From positions 1 to 64,000 of the IMG/VR virus record IMGVR_UViG_3300045988_157167: 64,000 nt of DNA; one strand, written 5' to 3'. This stretch comes from a virus. Positions within the stretch are counted from its first letter, which is position 1; each line of letters starts with the position of its first letter. The position numbers were made by a program, and so were the translations under genes. The notes beneath the pieces are model-generated. The model saw only the letters and a list, made by a program, of their open reading frames with translations. It had not been told where the DNA came from and made no database searches. Below, in pieces: positions 55,548 to 63,229 of this stretch.

Positions 55548-55790
55548 TCACTTAACAATTAGTCCTGTTGCTAGTAACAATATGCGTTTAACTTTTTCTT
55601 TCCTTTGTTCTTCTGTCAGATAGTTATTTTTCTTAGTCAATCTATCTTGTTTATGTCTCTTAGCTTTTTCAAAATTAACCTTTCCTCTAACTGAAGATAA
55701 TGTTCGCCCTAAATATTTTGCTATTTCTTCATCTGATATTAATTTATAATTTTCTTCTAAAAACTTTTCTTCTTCTATGCTCCATTTCAT
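55548..55790 (-). CDS. Myb/SANT-like small protein
   Basis: WSIEEEKFLEENYKLISDEEIAKYLGRTLSSVRGK has a single Myb-like repeat pattern. Confidence 0.45.
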   Translation of the reverse strand: MKWSIEEEKFLEENYKLISDEEIAKYLGRTLSSVRGKVNFEKAKRHKQDRLTKKNNYLTEEQRKEKVKRILLLATGLIVK

Positions 55791-55798
55791 TTTTACAC

Positions 55799-57748
55799 CT
55801 ATTCATTTATTTTTATTTCTTTATCCTCTGTGACTACCAACTTAATCAATTGACCTTTAGTATCTGCTATTTTATTTACACATTCACTATTATCAATGAA
55901 TATAGGTGCGACTAATTCGAAATACTCGGATAAAGTGTTTATTATATCTATACCAGCATTTATTTGACCTGCAGTATTTGCATTAGAAAATGGTACTCCA
56001 TTTATAGTTGCCTCACAGGTTTCTGCAATAGCTCCGTTAACTTGAGTAGAGAATAATTTAAAGCTTACGTTCTTAAAATGCTTATTTATATTTTTTTCTA
56101 AAAGTTCTACTCTCTTAGTAATAAACTTTTCATATAGCATTATAAGACCTTCTTGTCTTGCTATTTCTACTCCGATTTGTTTTTCCTCTGCTTTTAGATC
56201 TTCTATTCTTTGATTTACTTTCTTGTTATTTTTAACTGCTCCTAATTGACTATATAACCCTTTTAGTTGTGTATTAATTTCTCCTTTTTCAATTAAAAGT
56301 CCTGATTTATCTGGATATGTATCATCTTCTTGTAAACTTTCTAAAAGCTTGTTGTTTTCTCTTTTAAGTTTTAATATTTTTTCTTTCGTTGCATCACTAG
56401 GCGTATAAGAAATACCTCCTATTTGGCTTTCTAGCTGATTTATTTTTTCTTTCTTGATGTTTATATTATTTTCTATCTCAGAAAGCTTTAAAGTATAATT
56501 TTCGATATCTTCTTGAATATCTTCTTGTTCTTTAACTTTTATTTTGCCTTTTTCTATTACTTCTTCTTTTCTTCTAGCTTTATCAAGATTGAAGTTTTTC
56601 TCTAATTCTGCTTGTTTTTCTTCTATGTCTGATTCATCAAAAGGTCGTTTACAAGTAGGGCACTCTGTTTTTATACTACTAAAATCAACTTTCTCAGCTT
56701 GAATTCCACTAAATTCTTCTCTTAATTTAGCAGCTTCATTTTTTAGCATTTCAAACTTTCTAGTTAATCCATCTATTTTATATTCACATTCATTTTTCTT
56801 TTGTTGTTGTGAATATAAATCTTTTTCTTCTTTTCTTCTTTCTTCTTCTAATATTCTTACTTTATTGTCATAATCTTTTCTGTCAGCTTGTCTTTCTTCT
56901 TCGATTAAGTTTTCATTTTCACTTATTTTTTTCATTACTTCATTTCTTTTAGCTAATAATTCTTTACTACTATTAGCTATATCGCTTATTTTATTGTCTA
57001 TATCTTTTAACTTACTTTCTTTAAATGCTATTTCTTTTTCAACTTCTTTTACATCTAAATCAACTACTGTTTCCATTAATTCCTCGATTTTGTAAGGAAT
57101 TGACTTTTTATTTTCTCTTAGTTTTTTAATGCTACCTTTTTTACTGTCTATTAGCTTTGATACATCTTCTTTTTCTAGATCTTGTTTTACTAAATTTAAA
57201 TCTTTATCAGTTTTTACAACATCATCTACTGATATATTCCCTCCAGCAACTTCTAAGATGACTTTTCTTTGTTCTTTCCAACCAAGAGAAGGAAAATGGA
57301 AAGGGTTAGTTAATAATTTAAATGTTTCTTCGTCTGCTATTTCATTTATTTGCTTGTTATAATCTGATTTTTTAACTGGAATATCATCAATTTCATATTT
57401 TGTTGTATTCCCATCAAATACTTTTTCGCTTTCTCCTCTTCTAGAGGTCCATTTTTCTTTATATTCTTTTGATAGTTTTACTTCTAATCCATCTACTTCT
57501 AAGATGCCTGTTACATGAGGATTTAAACCTCTTATATATTCGTTATTTTCATCTAAAGGTTTTAACTCAAATTTGCTATCTCCTTTACTGTTTTTATCGA
57601 ATAATAACCATGTAAAAGCATCAAATATACTTGATTTTCCAGTTGCATTTTGGCCTGATATTGTTGTGATGTCTTTGAAATTTATGTCTAATTTTGATAT
57701 GCCTTTAAAATTGCTTATTGATAGTTGTTTTAATTTTATCTCTTTCAT
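55799..57748 (-). CDS. SbcC/Rad50-like AAA ATPase
   Basis: N-terminal Walker A GQNATGKSS, a very long E/K-rich coiled coil with a central CPTC zinc hook-like motif, and a C-terminal ATPase half. Confidence 0.75.
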   Translation of the reverse strand: MKEIKLKQLSISNFKGISKLDINFKDITTISGQNATGKSSIFDAFTWLLFDKNSKGDSKFELKPLDENNEYIRGLNPHVTGILEVDGLEVKLSKEYKEKWTSRRGESEKVFDGNTTKYEIDDIPVKKSDYNKQINEIADEETFKLLTNPFHFPSLGWKEQRKVILEVAGGNISVDDVVKTDKDLNLVKQDLEKEDVSKLIDSKKGSIKKLRENKKSIPYKIEELMETVVDLDVKEVEKEIAFKESKLKDIDNKISDIANSSKELLAKRNEVMKKISENENLIEEERQADRKDYDNKVRILEEERRKEEKDLYSQQQKKNECEYKIDGLTRKFEMLKNEAAKLREEFSGIQAEKVDFSSIKTECPTCKRPFDESDIEEKQAELEKNFNLDKARRKEEVIEKGKIKVKEQEDIQEDIENYTLKLSEIENNINIKKEKINQLESQIGGISYTPSDATKEKILKLKRENNKLLESLQEDDTYPDKSGLLIEKGEINTQLKGLYSQLGAVKNNKKVNQRIEDLKAEEKQIGVEIARQEGLIMLYEKFITKRVELLEKNINKHFKNVSFKLFSTQVNGAIAETCEATINGVPFSNANTAGQINAGIDIINTLSEYFELVAPIFIDNSECVNKIADTKGQLIKLVVTEDKEIKINE

Positions 57749-57757
57749 TTTCTCCCC

Positions 57758-57913
57758 CTATTTAAAAAACTCTAATGGTGATACATTTAAAGCTTTCGAA
57801 AGTCCTTTTAGCACTACTAGAGTAGGATTTGTTATAACCCCATTCTCTAGTTTTGCTATATAGCTTTCTGTAACACCAACTGCGTTTGCTAATTCTGTTC
57901 GGCTTTTTTTCAT
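57758..57913 (-). CDS. XRE-family HTH protein, 51 aa
   Basis: Own reading: MKKSRTELANAVGVTESYIAKLENGVITNPTLVVLKGLSKALNVSPLEFFK-stop. Confidence 0.6.
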   Translation of the reverse strand: MKKSRTELANAVGVTESYIAKLENGVITNPTLVVLKGLSKALNVSPLEFFK

Positions 57914-58160
57914 ATTTAGCCTTTTACTCCTAACATAACCCCCCTATGTTCATTTGATTACCCCCTTATAAGTTTCTATAAATTCTAAAATTGTAAGTGT
58001 CGGATACTTTTCTGCTATTTTTTTTAAGGTTTCTATTTTGCAAATCAATTTAATCATCTCCTTCTGCATTAGCACACCACCATGCTCCAACCACAAAACC
58101 TATACAGAAAATTAAACTTATTTCTAAAAATTTAATTATCATTTATACTCCCCATTTAAA

Positions 58161-58571
58161 TTAAAAAGGTATGTCATCATCATCTATAGCTTGAAATCCA
58201 TTTGGATCTAACCCTGGATTTGTTATATTATTTGTTCCTTGTTGATTATCTTTCGGATAATCTAATGCTTGTACACTTCTACCACTAACCTTAGTAAAAG
58301 TTCTATTTTCTCCATCTTGAGTTTGATATCTATCAACTCTAAGATTTCCTTGAATAGCAACTAATCTACCTTTTGTTATATAATTAGCACAAAATTCAGC
58401 TGCTTTCCCTATAACTTCTATTGGTATAAAGTCTGTTTCTTTTGTCCCATCTTTTTTCTTATAGTCTCTGTCTATTGCCATCGTAAAAGTAGCAACAGGT
58501 GTTCCAGAATTAGGTATGTATCTTAACTCTGGGTCTTTTGTTAATCGTCCTACTAAAACTACATTATTCAT
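58161..58571 (-). CDS. ssb: single-stranded DNA-binding protein
   Basis: MNNVVLVGRLTKDPELRY OB-fold start and a C-terminal DDDIPF tail. Start moved to ATG at 58571, which follows GAAAGGAAAGG. Confidence 0.9.
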   Translation of the reverse strand: MNNVVLVGRLTKDPELRYIPNSGTPVATFTMAIDRDYKKKDGTKETDFIPIEVIGKAAEFCANYITKGRLVAIQGNLRVDRYQTQDGENRTFTKVSGRSVQALDYPKDNQQGTNNITNPGLDPNGFQAIDDDDIPF

Positions 58572-59163
58572 CTTTACCTTTCCTTTCACTAACTTTCATT
58601 ATTAATTTAGCTATATTTGAACCCGTTTTCGTCAATTCTTTATCATGAAAAATTAATTTTTCATGGTTCATTCTTAGTAATTGACTTTTATTAATTAATA
58701 TTAAATTATCTTTTTCTAAGTTCAATTTGTTTTGATCAGCAAATATAACTACATCATCTTGTGTTAATTTGATATTATGATATTTTTCATATAGAATCCT
58801 ATGCTTCAACTTCCACACATTAGGTTCTTTTACTTTCATTAGAATATATCCATTACTATCAATTCTTTCACTACCAATTTCTTTTTTATTCCAAGGTTTA
58901 CAACCTTTTTGAAAAGAAGTTTTATTTGGACCAGTAAGTCCTTTAGTTCCTTTATTCCACGTTTTATGTCCCTTTTGAAACTGGCCATCAAACTCTGTGT
59001 TATATCCATATCTTTTAATTGCACTTGTTATTTGACTTAGTTTGAATTTATACTCAAATTTTTCGTTCATTAAGTCTAATATTTCCTTACGATGTTTCCC
59101 TGGAGTAATTTCTCCAAGATACTTTTTTTCTTCTTCACTCCATTTATGTGGTTTTTCGCTCAT
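58564..59163 (-). CDS. HNH-type homing endonuclease-like protein
   Basis: GSERIDSNGYILMKV...KLKHRILYEKYHNIKL...VVIFADQNKLNLEKDNLILI resembles the HNH_3 layout, with an N-terminal Myb-like segment. A catalytic His position appears substituted. Confidence 0.6.
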   Translation of the reverse strand: MSEKPHKWSEEEKKYLGEITPGKHRKEILDLMNEKFEYKFKLSQITSAIKRYGYNTEFDGQFQKGHKTWNKGTKGLTGPNKTSFQKGCKPWNKKEIGSERIDSNGYILMKVKEPNVWKLKHRILYEKYHNIKLTQDDVVIFADQNKLNLEKDNLILINKSQLLRMNHEKLIFHDKELTKTGSNIAKLIMKVSERKGKDE

Positions 59164-59405
59164 TATTCACCACCTTCTAGCATTTTAGGCATTTCTTTTT
59201 CATTGTTTTTACCATATTCTAATTCTATGGATTTTGCTTTTAATACAACATTTGCATTGGCAATAATTTGTTTTGAAACTCCTATAACTGCTTTACTTCT
59301 TATAATTTCATCTTCTAATTTTTCTCCTGTTATCTCTTCGTCATTTAAACGTTCTAATTGAGCGAATAAATGATTGTTTAGATCACCCAAAGTATTCCTA
59401 GGCAC
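59163..59405 (-). CDS. hypothetical protein
   Basis: 80-aa ORF coupled to its neighbours. Confidence 0.45.
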   Translation of the reverse strand: MPRNTLGDLNNHLFAQLERLNDEEITGEKLEDEIIRSKAVIGVSKQIIANANVVLKAKSIELEYGKNNEKEMPKMLEGGE

Positions 59406-59408
59406 TTT

Positions 59409-60092
59409 TTAAACCCCCTTAGTTATTCTCATATTCGGTACATTTTTAAACTCGATTATATTTTCTCTACACATTTCTATGATTCTACTAGTTATAGCAG
59501 CATCATAATTCATCAATTCATCTAGTGATTTTTCTGTACTTACTATAATCGGTTTTTCTGTCATGTAACGATAATTTATTATTTCATAGATATACTTTCT
59601 ATCAGCTTCGCTTGTTTGACCTTTGAGTAAATCATCAACGAATAGCACAGTGCAATTCTTATACTGGTCTATTTCTTTGTTGTAATTAATTGGATCCATA
59701 CAACATTGTTTTAGTTTCATAATTAAGCTAACATATTCAGCATATCTACATCCTACATTTTGATTTACGAGTTGCATCATCATTGCAATTCCTAAATGGG
59801 TTTTTCCCGTTCCTGGTTTTCCAGTTAATAAGAAACTACCCTTTTCCTCTTTAAACTTCTTACAGTAGCTCATGGCTCGTAATTTTGCCTGTTTCTGATG
59901 CTCTGTATCTGTTTTGAAGTTTAAAAAAGTTTTCTTTTTAAAAGAATCCGTTAGGCCACATCTTTCTAACTTTTCTTTTATGTGTCTTTTCTTGATACAT
60001 TCACAAGGAACGGCTTGAGTATAGCCTTCTTTATCTTCTTGTAAAGTGTATCCTAAATCTCTACACTTCTCACATTGATATTCTATAGCCAT
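59409..60092 (-). CDS. DnaC/IstB-like helicase loader ATPase
   Basis: Walker A GKPGTGKTHL, Walker B LFVDDL, and an N-terminal zinc-binding CEKC...CEC. Confidence 0.8.
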   Translation of the reverse strand: MAIEYQCEKCRDLGYTLQEDKEGYTQAVPCECIKKRHIKEKLERCGLTDSFKKKTFLNFKTDTEHQKQAKLRAMSYCKKFKEEKGSFLLTGKPGTGKTHLGIAMMMQLVNQNVGCRYAEYVSLIMKLKQCCMDPINYNKEIDQYKNCTVLFVDDLLKGQTSEADRKYIYEIINYRYMTEKPIIVSTEKSLDELMNYDAAITSRIIEMCRENIIEFKNVPNMRITKGV

Positions 60093-61000
60093 TTTTCTAT
60101 GCTGCCGCCTCCCATTTCATCTAATTCTTTTTGTAATTCGTCTATTTCATCTAAGTCATCTTGACTTACTGGTTTCATTTTCTCGGGATCTATATAACCT
60201 TGATATTTTTGTAAGTCCTCTAATATGTTTGAATTGTTATTGTCTTGATGTTTATTTGAGTTGTAGTTACTGAAGTTGTCTTTTAGTGGAAAAACTCCTT
60301 GCCAACAATTTTCAATCGAGTTTTCCAGTATTTTTATTTTGATATCATCTGTTGTTGCTAACTTATCTAGTTTATTTAGTATTCCTTTTAATGCTCTTTC
60401 TGTAACAGGCTTTTTAATGCTCTTTCGCATTTTCATAAAATCTATTATTGTTTCCTGTAAGAAAGAGTTAGAAGTATACTCATTTATAAGAACATCTAAA
60501 TCAGTTCTTTTTTTCTTTTTTTCTTTTTTATTAAGACTGTTATTATTAACACTATTAATATTTAAACTGTTATTATTAAGACTGTTAATATTAGTGTATT
60601 CGTTTTCGAGATATTCATTTTCGATATCTTTATTTTCGTGATATTCATTTTCGATATCTCTAAAATTAATACATCGGTCTCTTTCATCCATTATGATTTC
60701 ATATATATTTTTTGCTTTTAAATTACCTGATTTTATTCTTTCTACTTTTATGTACCCGGATTCTTTTAATGTTTTTAAGTGTTTAGTAAATCTATTGATT
60801 GAGATTCCTAATTCTTCACACATTAAATCTCTACTTGGATAACATGTTTTTTTATCTCCAGCGAAGGCTATTAAATATGCATAAATTGCTTTTGCCTCAA
60901 TTGAAAGATTCTTATCTCTCATAACTATCTTAGGTATTATTCCATACCCATCACGTAAAATACTATTTTTGTTGTATTTTACCTCCATTGAATCTGTCAT
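60083..61000 (-). CDS. replication initiator / replisome organizer (winged-helix N-terminus, DnaD-like C-terminus)
   Basis: N-terminal HTH (SRDLMCEELGISINRFTKHLKTLKESGYIKV), an internal Asn-rich and ENEY tandem repeat linker, and a DnaD-like C-terminal segment. Confidence 0.65.
   Translation of the reverse strand: MTDSMEVKYNKNSILRDGYGIIPKIVMRDKNLSIEAKAIYAYLIAFAGDKKTCYPSRDLMCEELGISINRFTKHLKTLKESGYIKVERIKSGNLKAKNIYEIIMDERDRCINFRDIENEYHENKDIENEYLENEYTNINSLNNNSLNINSVNNNSLNKKEKKKKRTDLDVLINEYTSNSFLQETIIDFMKMRKSIKKPVTERALKGILNKLDKLATTDDIKIKILENSIENCWQGVFPLKDNFSNYNSNKHQDNNNSNILEDLQKYQGYIDPEKMKPVSQDDLDEIDELQKELDEMGGGSIEKWL
60533..60659. repeat. two blocks of 4 x 15-bp tandem repeats inside the initiator gene (candidate origin iterons)
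   Basis: aagactgttattatt-like units x4 (60533-60592) followed by tattc(a/g)ttttcga(g/t)a-like units x4 (60598-60657). An exact 20-mer gatattcattttcgatatct occurs at 60610 and 60640. Confidence 0.7.
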
Positions 61001-61013
61001 TTAATCACCTCGT

Positions 61014-61196
61014 TTAAACTTGCTGGCTTTCCTTCTCTTTTACTAATTCAGAAAGTTTAGAAGGGTCTATTCCTAAAATTTTTGCTGATTCAGAAACTTG
61101 AAAAGCTTTTATAATTTTAAGAACCGTGTTGTAATTTTCTTTATTAAGTCCTTGTAAATCTGATGCTATTTTTAGTCTTTCTTCATATCTAGTCAT
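61014..61196 (-). CDS. small early protein (Cro-position)
   Basis: 60-aa ORF, first gene of the leftward early operon and divergent from the repressor gene. Confidence 0.45.
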   Translation of the reverse strand: MTRYEERLKIASDLQGLNKENYNTVLKIIKAFQVSESAKILGIDPSKLSELVKEKESQQV

Positions 61197-61427
61197 CTAA
61201 TTACCTCCTTCGTTGTTTTTCGTTTATATATACATTATATTCCATTTTTTTACGTTAGTCAACGAATTTTTAAACATTTTTAATTATTATTTCTCGTTTT
61301 GCATCGTTGATATTTTTGTTTTATTAACGACTTTTTGTAATTTTCTCGTTTATTTTTTTCTATTAATATGTTACAATTATTGTATATTAATAAAATAAAA
61401 ACTTTTAAATATAATTGGAGGCAAGAT
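61197..61427. promoter_or_regulatory. divergent switch region with repeated (T/A)CGTT motifs
   Basis: 231-bp AT-rich intergenic region between divergent genes. Contains tcgttgtttttcgtt, acgttagtcaacgaa (inverted CGTT/AACG), ctcgttttgcatcgttga, ttaacgac and ctcgttta. Confidence 0.5.
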
Positions 61428-61814
61428 ATGAATGGTGTAAATGAAAAAGATATTGGTAAAAGAATTGAATTTATAAGAAAGAAAGAAAAGCTTTCAAGAC
61501 GAGAGTTTGGAAAAATAGTAAATAAAAGTGAAGATGCTGTATATAATATTGAGAAAGCTAGAGCTAAAATAAGTGATGATATTATTTATAGCATATGTAA
61601 TATTTTCCACATTAATAAAAATTGGCTGCTTAATGGAGAGGATGGTATGTATGAAACTAATTCCAAACATATTAGACTTGCAAATATAGTTGGAAATTTA
61701 GAAAAAGAAGAAAATCTATTTGAATTAACAGAAATGCTTCTAGATCTAAATGATAGACAAATTGAGGTAATTAAAGATTTAATAGATGTGTTTAAAGAAT
61801 CAGAAAAAAAATAG
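61428..61814 (+). CDS. CI-like XRE-family repressor
   Basis: Start set at ATG 61428 after GGAGG. HTH KDIGKRIEFIRKKEKLSRREFGKIVNKSEDAVYNIEK. One of only two convincing plus-strand genes. Confidence 0.75.
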   Translation: MNGVNEKDIGKRIEFIRKKEKLSRREFGKIVNKSEDAVYNIEKARAKISDDIIYSICNIFHINKNWLLNGEDGMYETNSKHIRLANIVGNLEKEENLFELTEMLLDLNDRQIEVIKDLIDVFKESEKK

Positions 61815-61840
61815 GTGCTATGCACCTACTTTTTATTTTC
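61812..61840 (+). terminator. intrinsic terminator of the repressor gene
   Basis: UAGGUGC-UAU-GCACCUA followed by CUUUUUAUUUU. Confidence 0.65.
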
Positions 61841-62104
61841 CTCGTTTTTTTTATTTTTCTTTGTTAAATATTGATAAACGAACCCCAGTGTATCAATATC
61901 TTTATTTTGTTTTAACAAAATTATTATTTCTTCTTTTAATTTTGTTATATAGTCCATAGCATCTCCCCCAAAACAGCTTAATAATATCGAACTTACGTTC
62001 TATGTAGATATATTATAATACTAATTTTCATAAAATTCTATACCTTATTTACATTATACTTCCATTTATTGCCATTTTGTCTATTTGTCCCCCATTGCGG
62101 GACA

Positions 62105-62305
62105 CTATTTGTATTCAGAATCAAATAAGTCAGTTATTCTACAACCTAAAGCTATCGCTATTTTTTCTAGCTTTACTAGATCCAGTACTGTATCGTTATT
62201 CTCCAGTCTAAAGAGAGTACTTTTACTTAGTTTAGTTTTGTATGCTAACTTTCTAAGACTATGATTTTTCTCGTTTCTTACCTTTGAAATATTGTTGATT
62301 ATCAT
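62105..62305 (-). CDS. XRE-family HTH protein
   Basis: SLRKLAYKTKLSKSTLFRLENNDT has a typical HTH_3 pattern. No obvious RBS. Confidence 0.6.
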   Translation of the reverse strand: MIINNISKVRNEKNHSLRKLAYKTKLSKSTLFRLENNDTVLDLVKLEKIAIALGCRITDLFDSEYK

Positions 62306-62382
62306 AAAATTTATTCTAAAATAACTGCTTTTTCTCGTAAATGTAAAATATTTGGTTAATATTCCACAAAAACACTAGAAAA

Positions 62383-62463
62383 GAAAAAAAATCCACCTTC
62401 CGCAAGATGGATTTTCTTCTAAATAATCATAGGTCATATATAAGATATAGAAATACTTTTAAC
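62383..62463 (-). ncRNA. candidate sRNA 3 (~80 nt)
   Basis: Bounded by an extended -10 promoter and the terminator AAUCCAUCUU-GCGG-AAGGUGGAUU + U8. No ORF with an RBS. Confidence 0.5.
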
Positions 62464-62469
62464 AATTTA

Positions 62470-62515
62470 ATTATAACATTCCAATACTTATTTGAAAATC
62501 GGAACATATTCCTAA
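62470..62515 (-). promoter_or_regulatory. conserved 19-nt motif + promoter of sRNA 3
   Basis: Motif TTAGGAATATGTTCCGATT (62515-62497); TGTTATAAT extended -10 (62478-62470); weak -35 TTTTCA. Confidence 0.6.
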
Positions 62516-62522
62516 CTTTTAC

Positions 62523-62650
62523 AAAAAAACAACCGCTCTTGATGAGGGTTAAGAGCGGTTAGGGAGTATTGTTTCATACCATAAATTCTAATGATAAACA
62601 ATATACTAGAAATATTTTAGGAATAAAAAAATATAATCTTAGATAACTAT
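62523..62650 (-). ncRNA. candidate sRNA 2 (~128 nt)
   Basis: Runs from the promoter to the terminator AACCGCUCUU-AACCCUCAUC-AAGAGCGGUU + GUUUUUUU. Carries ACUCCC immediately 5' of the terminator. Confidence 0.5.
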
Positions 62651-62657
62651 ATTATTA

Positions 62658-62703
62658 ATGATACTACTGTTTTTTCAAAACTTCAATCGGAACATATTCC
62701 TAA
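62658..62703 (-). promoter_or_regulatory. conserved 19-nt motif + promoter of sRNA 2
   Basis: Motif at 62703-62685; -35 TTGAAG (62686-81), 17-nt spacer, -10 TATCAT (62663-58). Confidence 0.6.
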
Positions 62704-62709
62704 TTAACA

Positions 62710-62800
62710 ATAAAAAATAACTACCTCACAGATGGAAAGGTAGTTATTCTTTAAGAAAGGAGTACTTATATTAGTAATATAGCTAAAACTTTAAGTCTTA
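62710..62800 (-). ncRNA. candidate sRNA 1 (~90 nt)
   Basis: Runs from the promoter to the terminator AUAACUACCU-UUCCAUCUGUG-AGGUAGUUAU + UUUUUU. Carries ACUCCUUUC immediately 5' of the terminator. Confidence 0.45.
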
Positions 62801-62809
62801 TACAATATA

Positions 62810-62855
62810 AGATTAACACCTTTCATTTCCAATTACAATCGGAACATATTCCTAT
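62810..62855 (-). promoter_or_regulatory. conserved motif (18/19) + promoter of sRNA 1
   Basis: Motif TAGGAATATGTTCCGATT (62854-62837); -35 TTGTAA (62838-33), 17-nt spacer, weak -10 TAATCT (62815-10). Confidence 0.5.
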
Positions 62856-63034
62856 ATATTTTTATAAGTGAATTTTACAAAAGTTCCGTTTTCAGTTTTA
62901 GCCTTAACTCTGGCAACTTCTGTTGTTTCATCTATTTCTAGACTTTTAATAGCTTGAAGAACCATATTTGTTGTACAATTTTTAGTTTTAAATTCAATAA
63001 TATCATCTGTATATTTTACAGTTGCATTTGACAT
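62852..63034 (-). CDS. hypothetical protein; the frame stays open 45 codons further upstream (to 63169) with no start codon, so it may be a 5'-truncated gene
   Basis: The track ORF is MSNATVKYTDD.... The same frame reads IIEGDFFLEKVKKLFEQWEIKKFLEPFEGEKVNVYVLTICGVDFS upstream with no stop, which is unusual in AT-rich DNA. Confidence 0.45.
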   Translation of the reverse strand: MSNATVKYTDDIIEFKTKNCTTNMVLQAIKSLEIDETTEVARVKAKTENGTFVKFTYKNI

Positions 63035-63155
63035 ACTAAAATCTACCCCACAAATAGTTAATACATATACATTAACTTTTTCTCCTTCAAATGGTTCTAG
63101 AAATTTTTTAATTTCCCATTGTTCAAATAATTTTTTAACCTTTTCGAGAAAGAAG

Positions 63156-63196
63156 TCCCCTTCTATAATTTAGCCGTAGGCAAATTTAGGAGGGGA
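63156..63196 (-). repeat. long imperfect hairpin just 3' of the second iscB (candidate IS200/IS605-type end structure)
   Basis: tccccttctataattt - agccgtaggc - aaatttaggagggga: arms of ~15 bp with two irregularities, starting 33 nt after the IscB stop. Confidence 0.5.
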
Positions 63197-63229
63197 TGAA
63201 TTTCTCTGATATTGAATCAATATAGAATT

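Noticed and set aside
109-61398. All plus-strand ORFs in the track except 61368..61814. Examples: 109-300, 1191-1382, 2593-2829, 3993-4331, 4513-4965, 12664-12963, 24543-24815, 32771-33064, 37314-37622, 44249-44694, 45227-45499, 46607-46885, 60276-60641, 61213-61398.
   Set aside because: They lie antisense to long, well-supported minus-strand genes. They lack RBSs, and their translations are F/L/S/I/C-rich low-complexity strings typical of shadow frames in AT-rich DNA.
62685-62703. Reading the conserved 19-nt motif on the plus strand as a conserved peptide end (..QSEHIP..).
   Set aside because: The frame is blocked by a stop just upstream in one copy. The downstream stops differ between copies, and there is no start codon or RBS. 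The terminator U-tracts place the transcripts on the minus strand.
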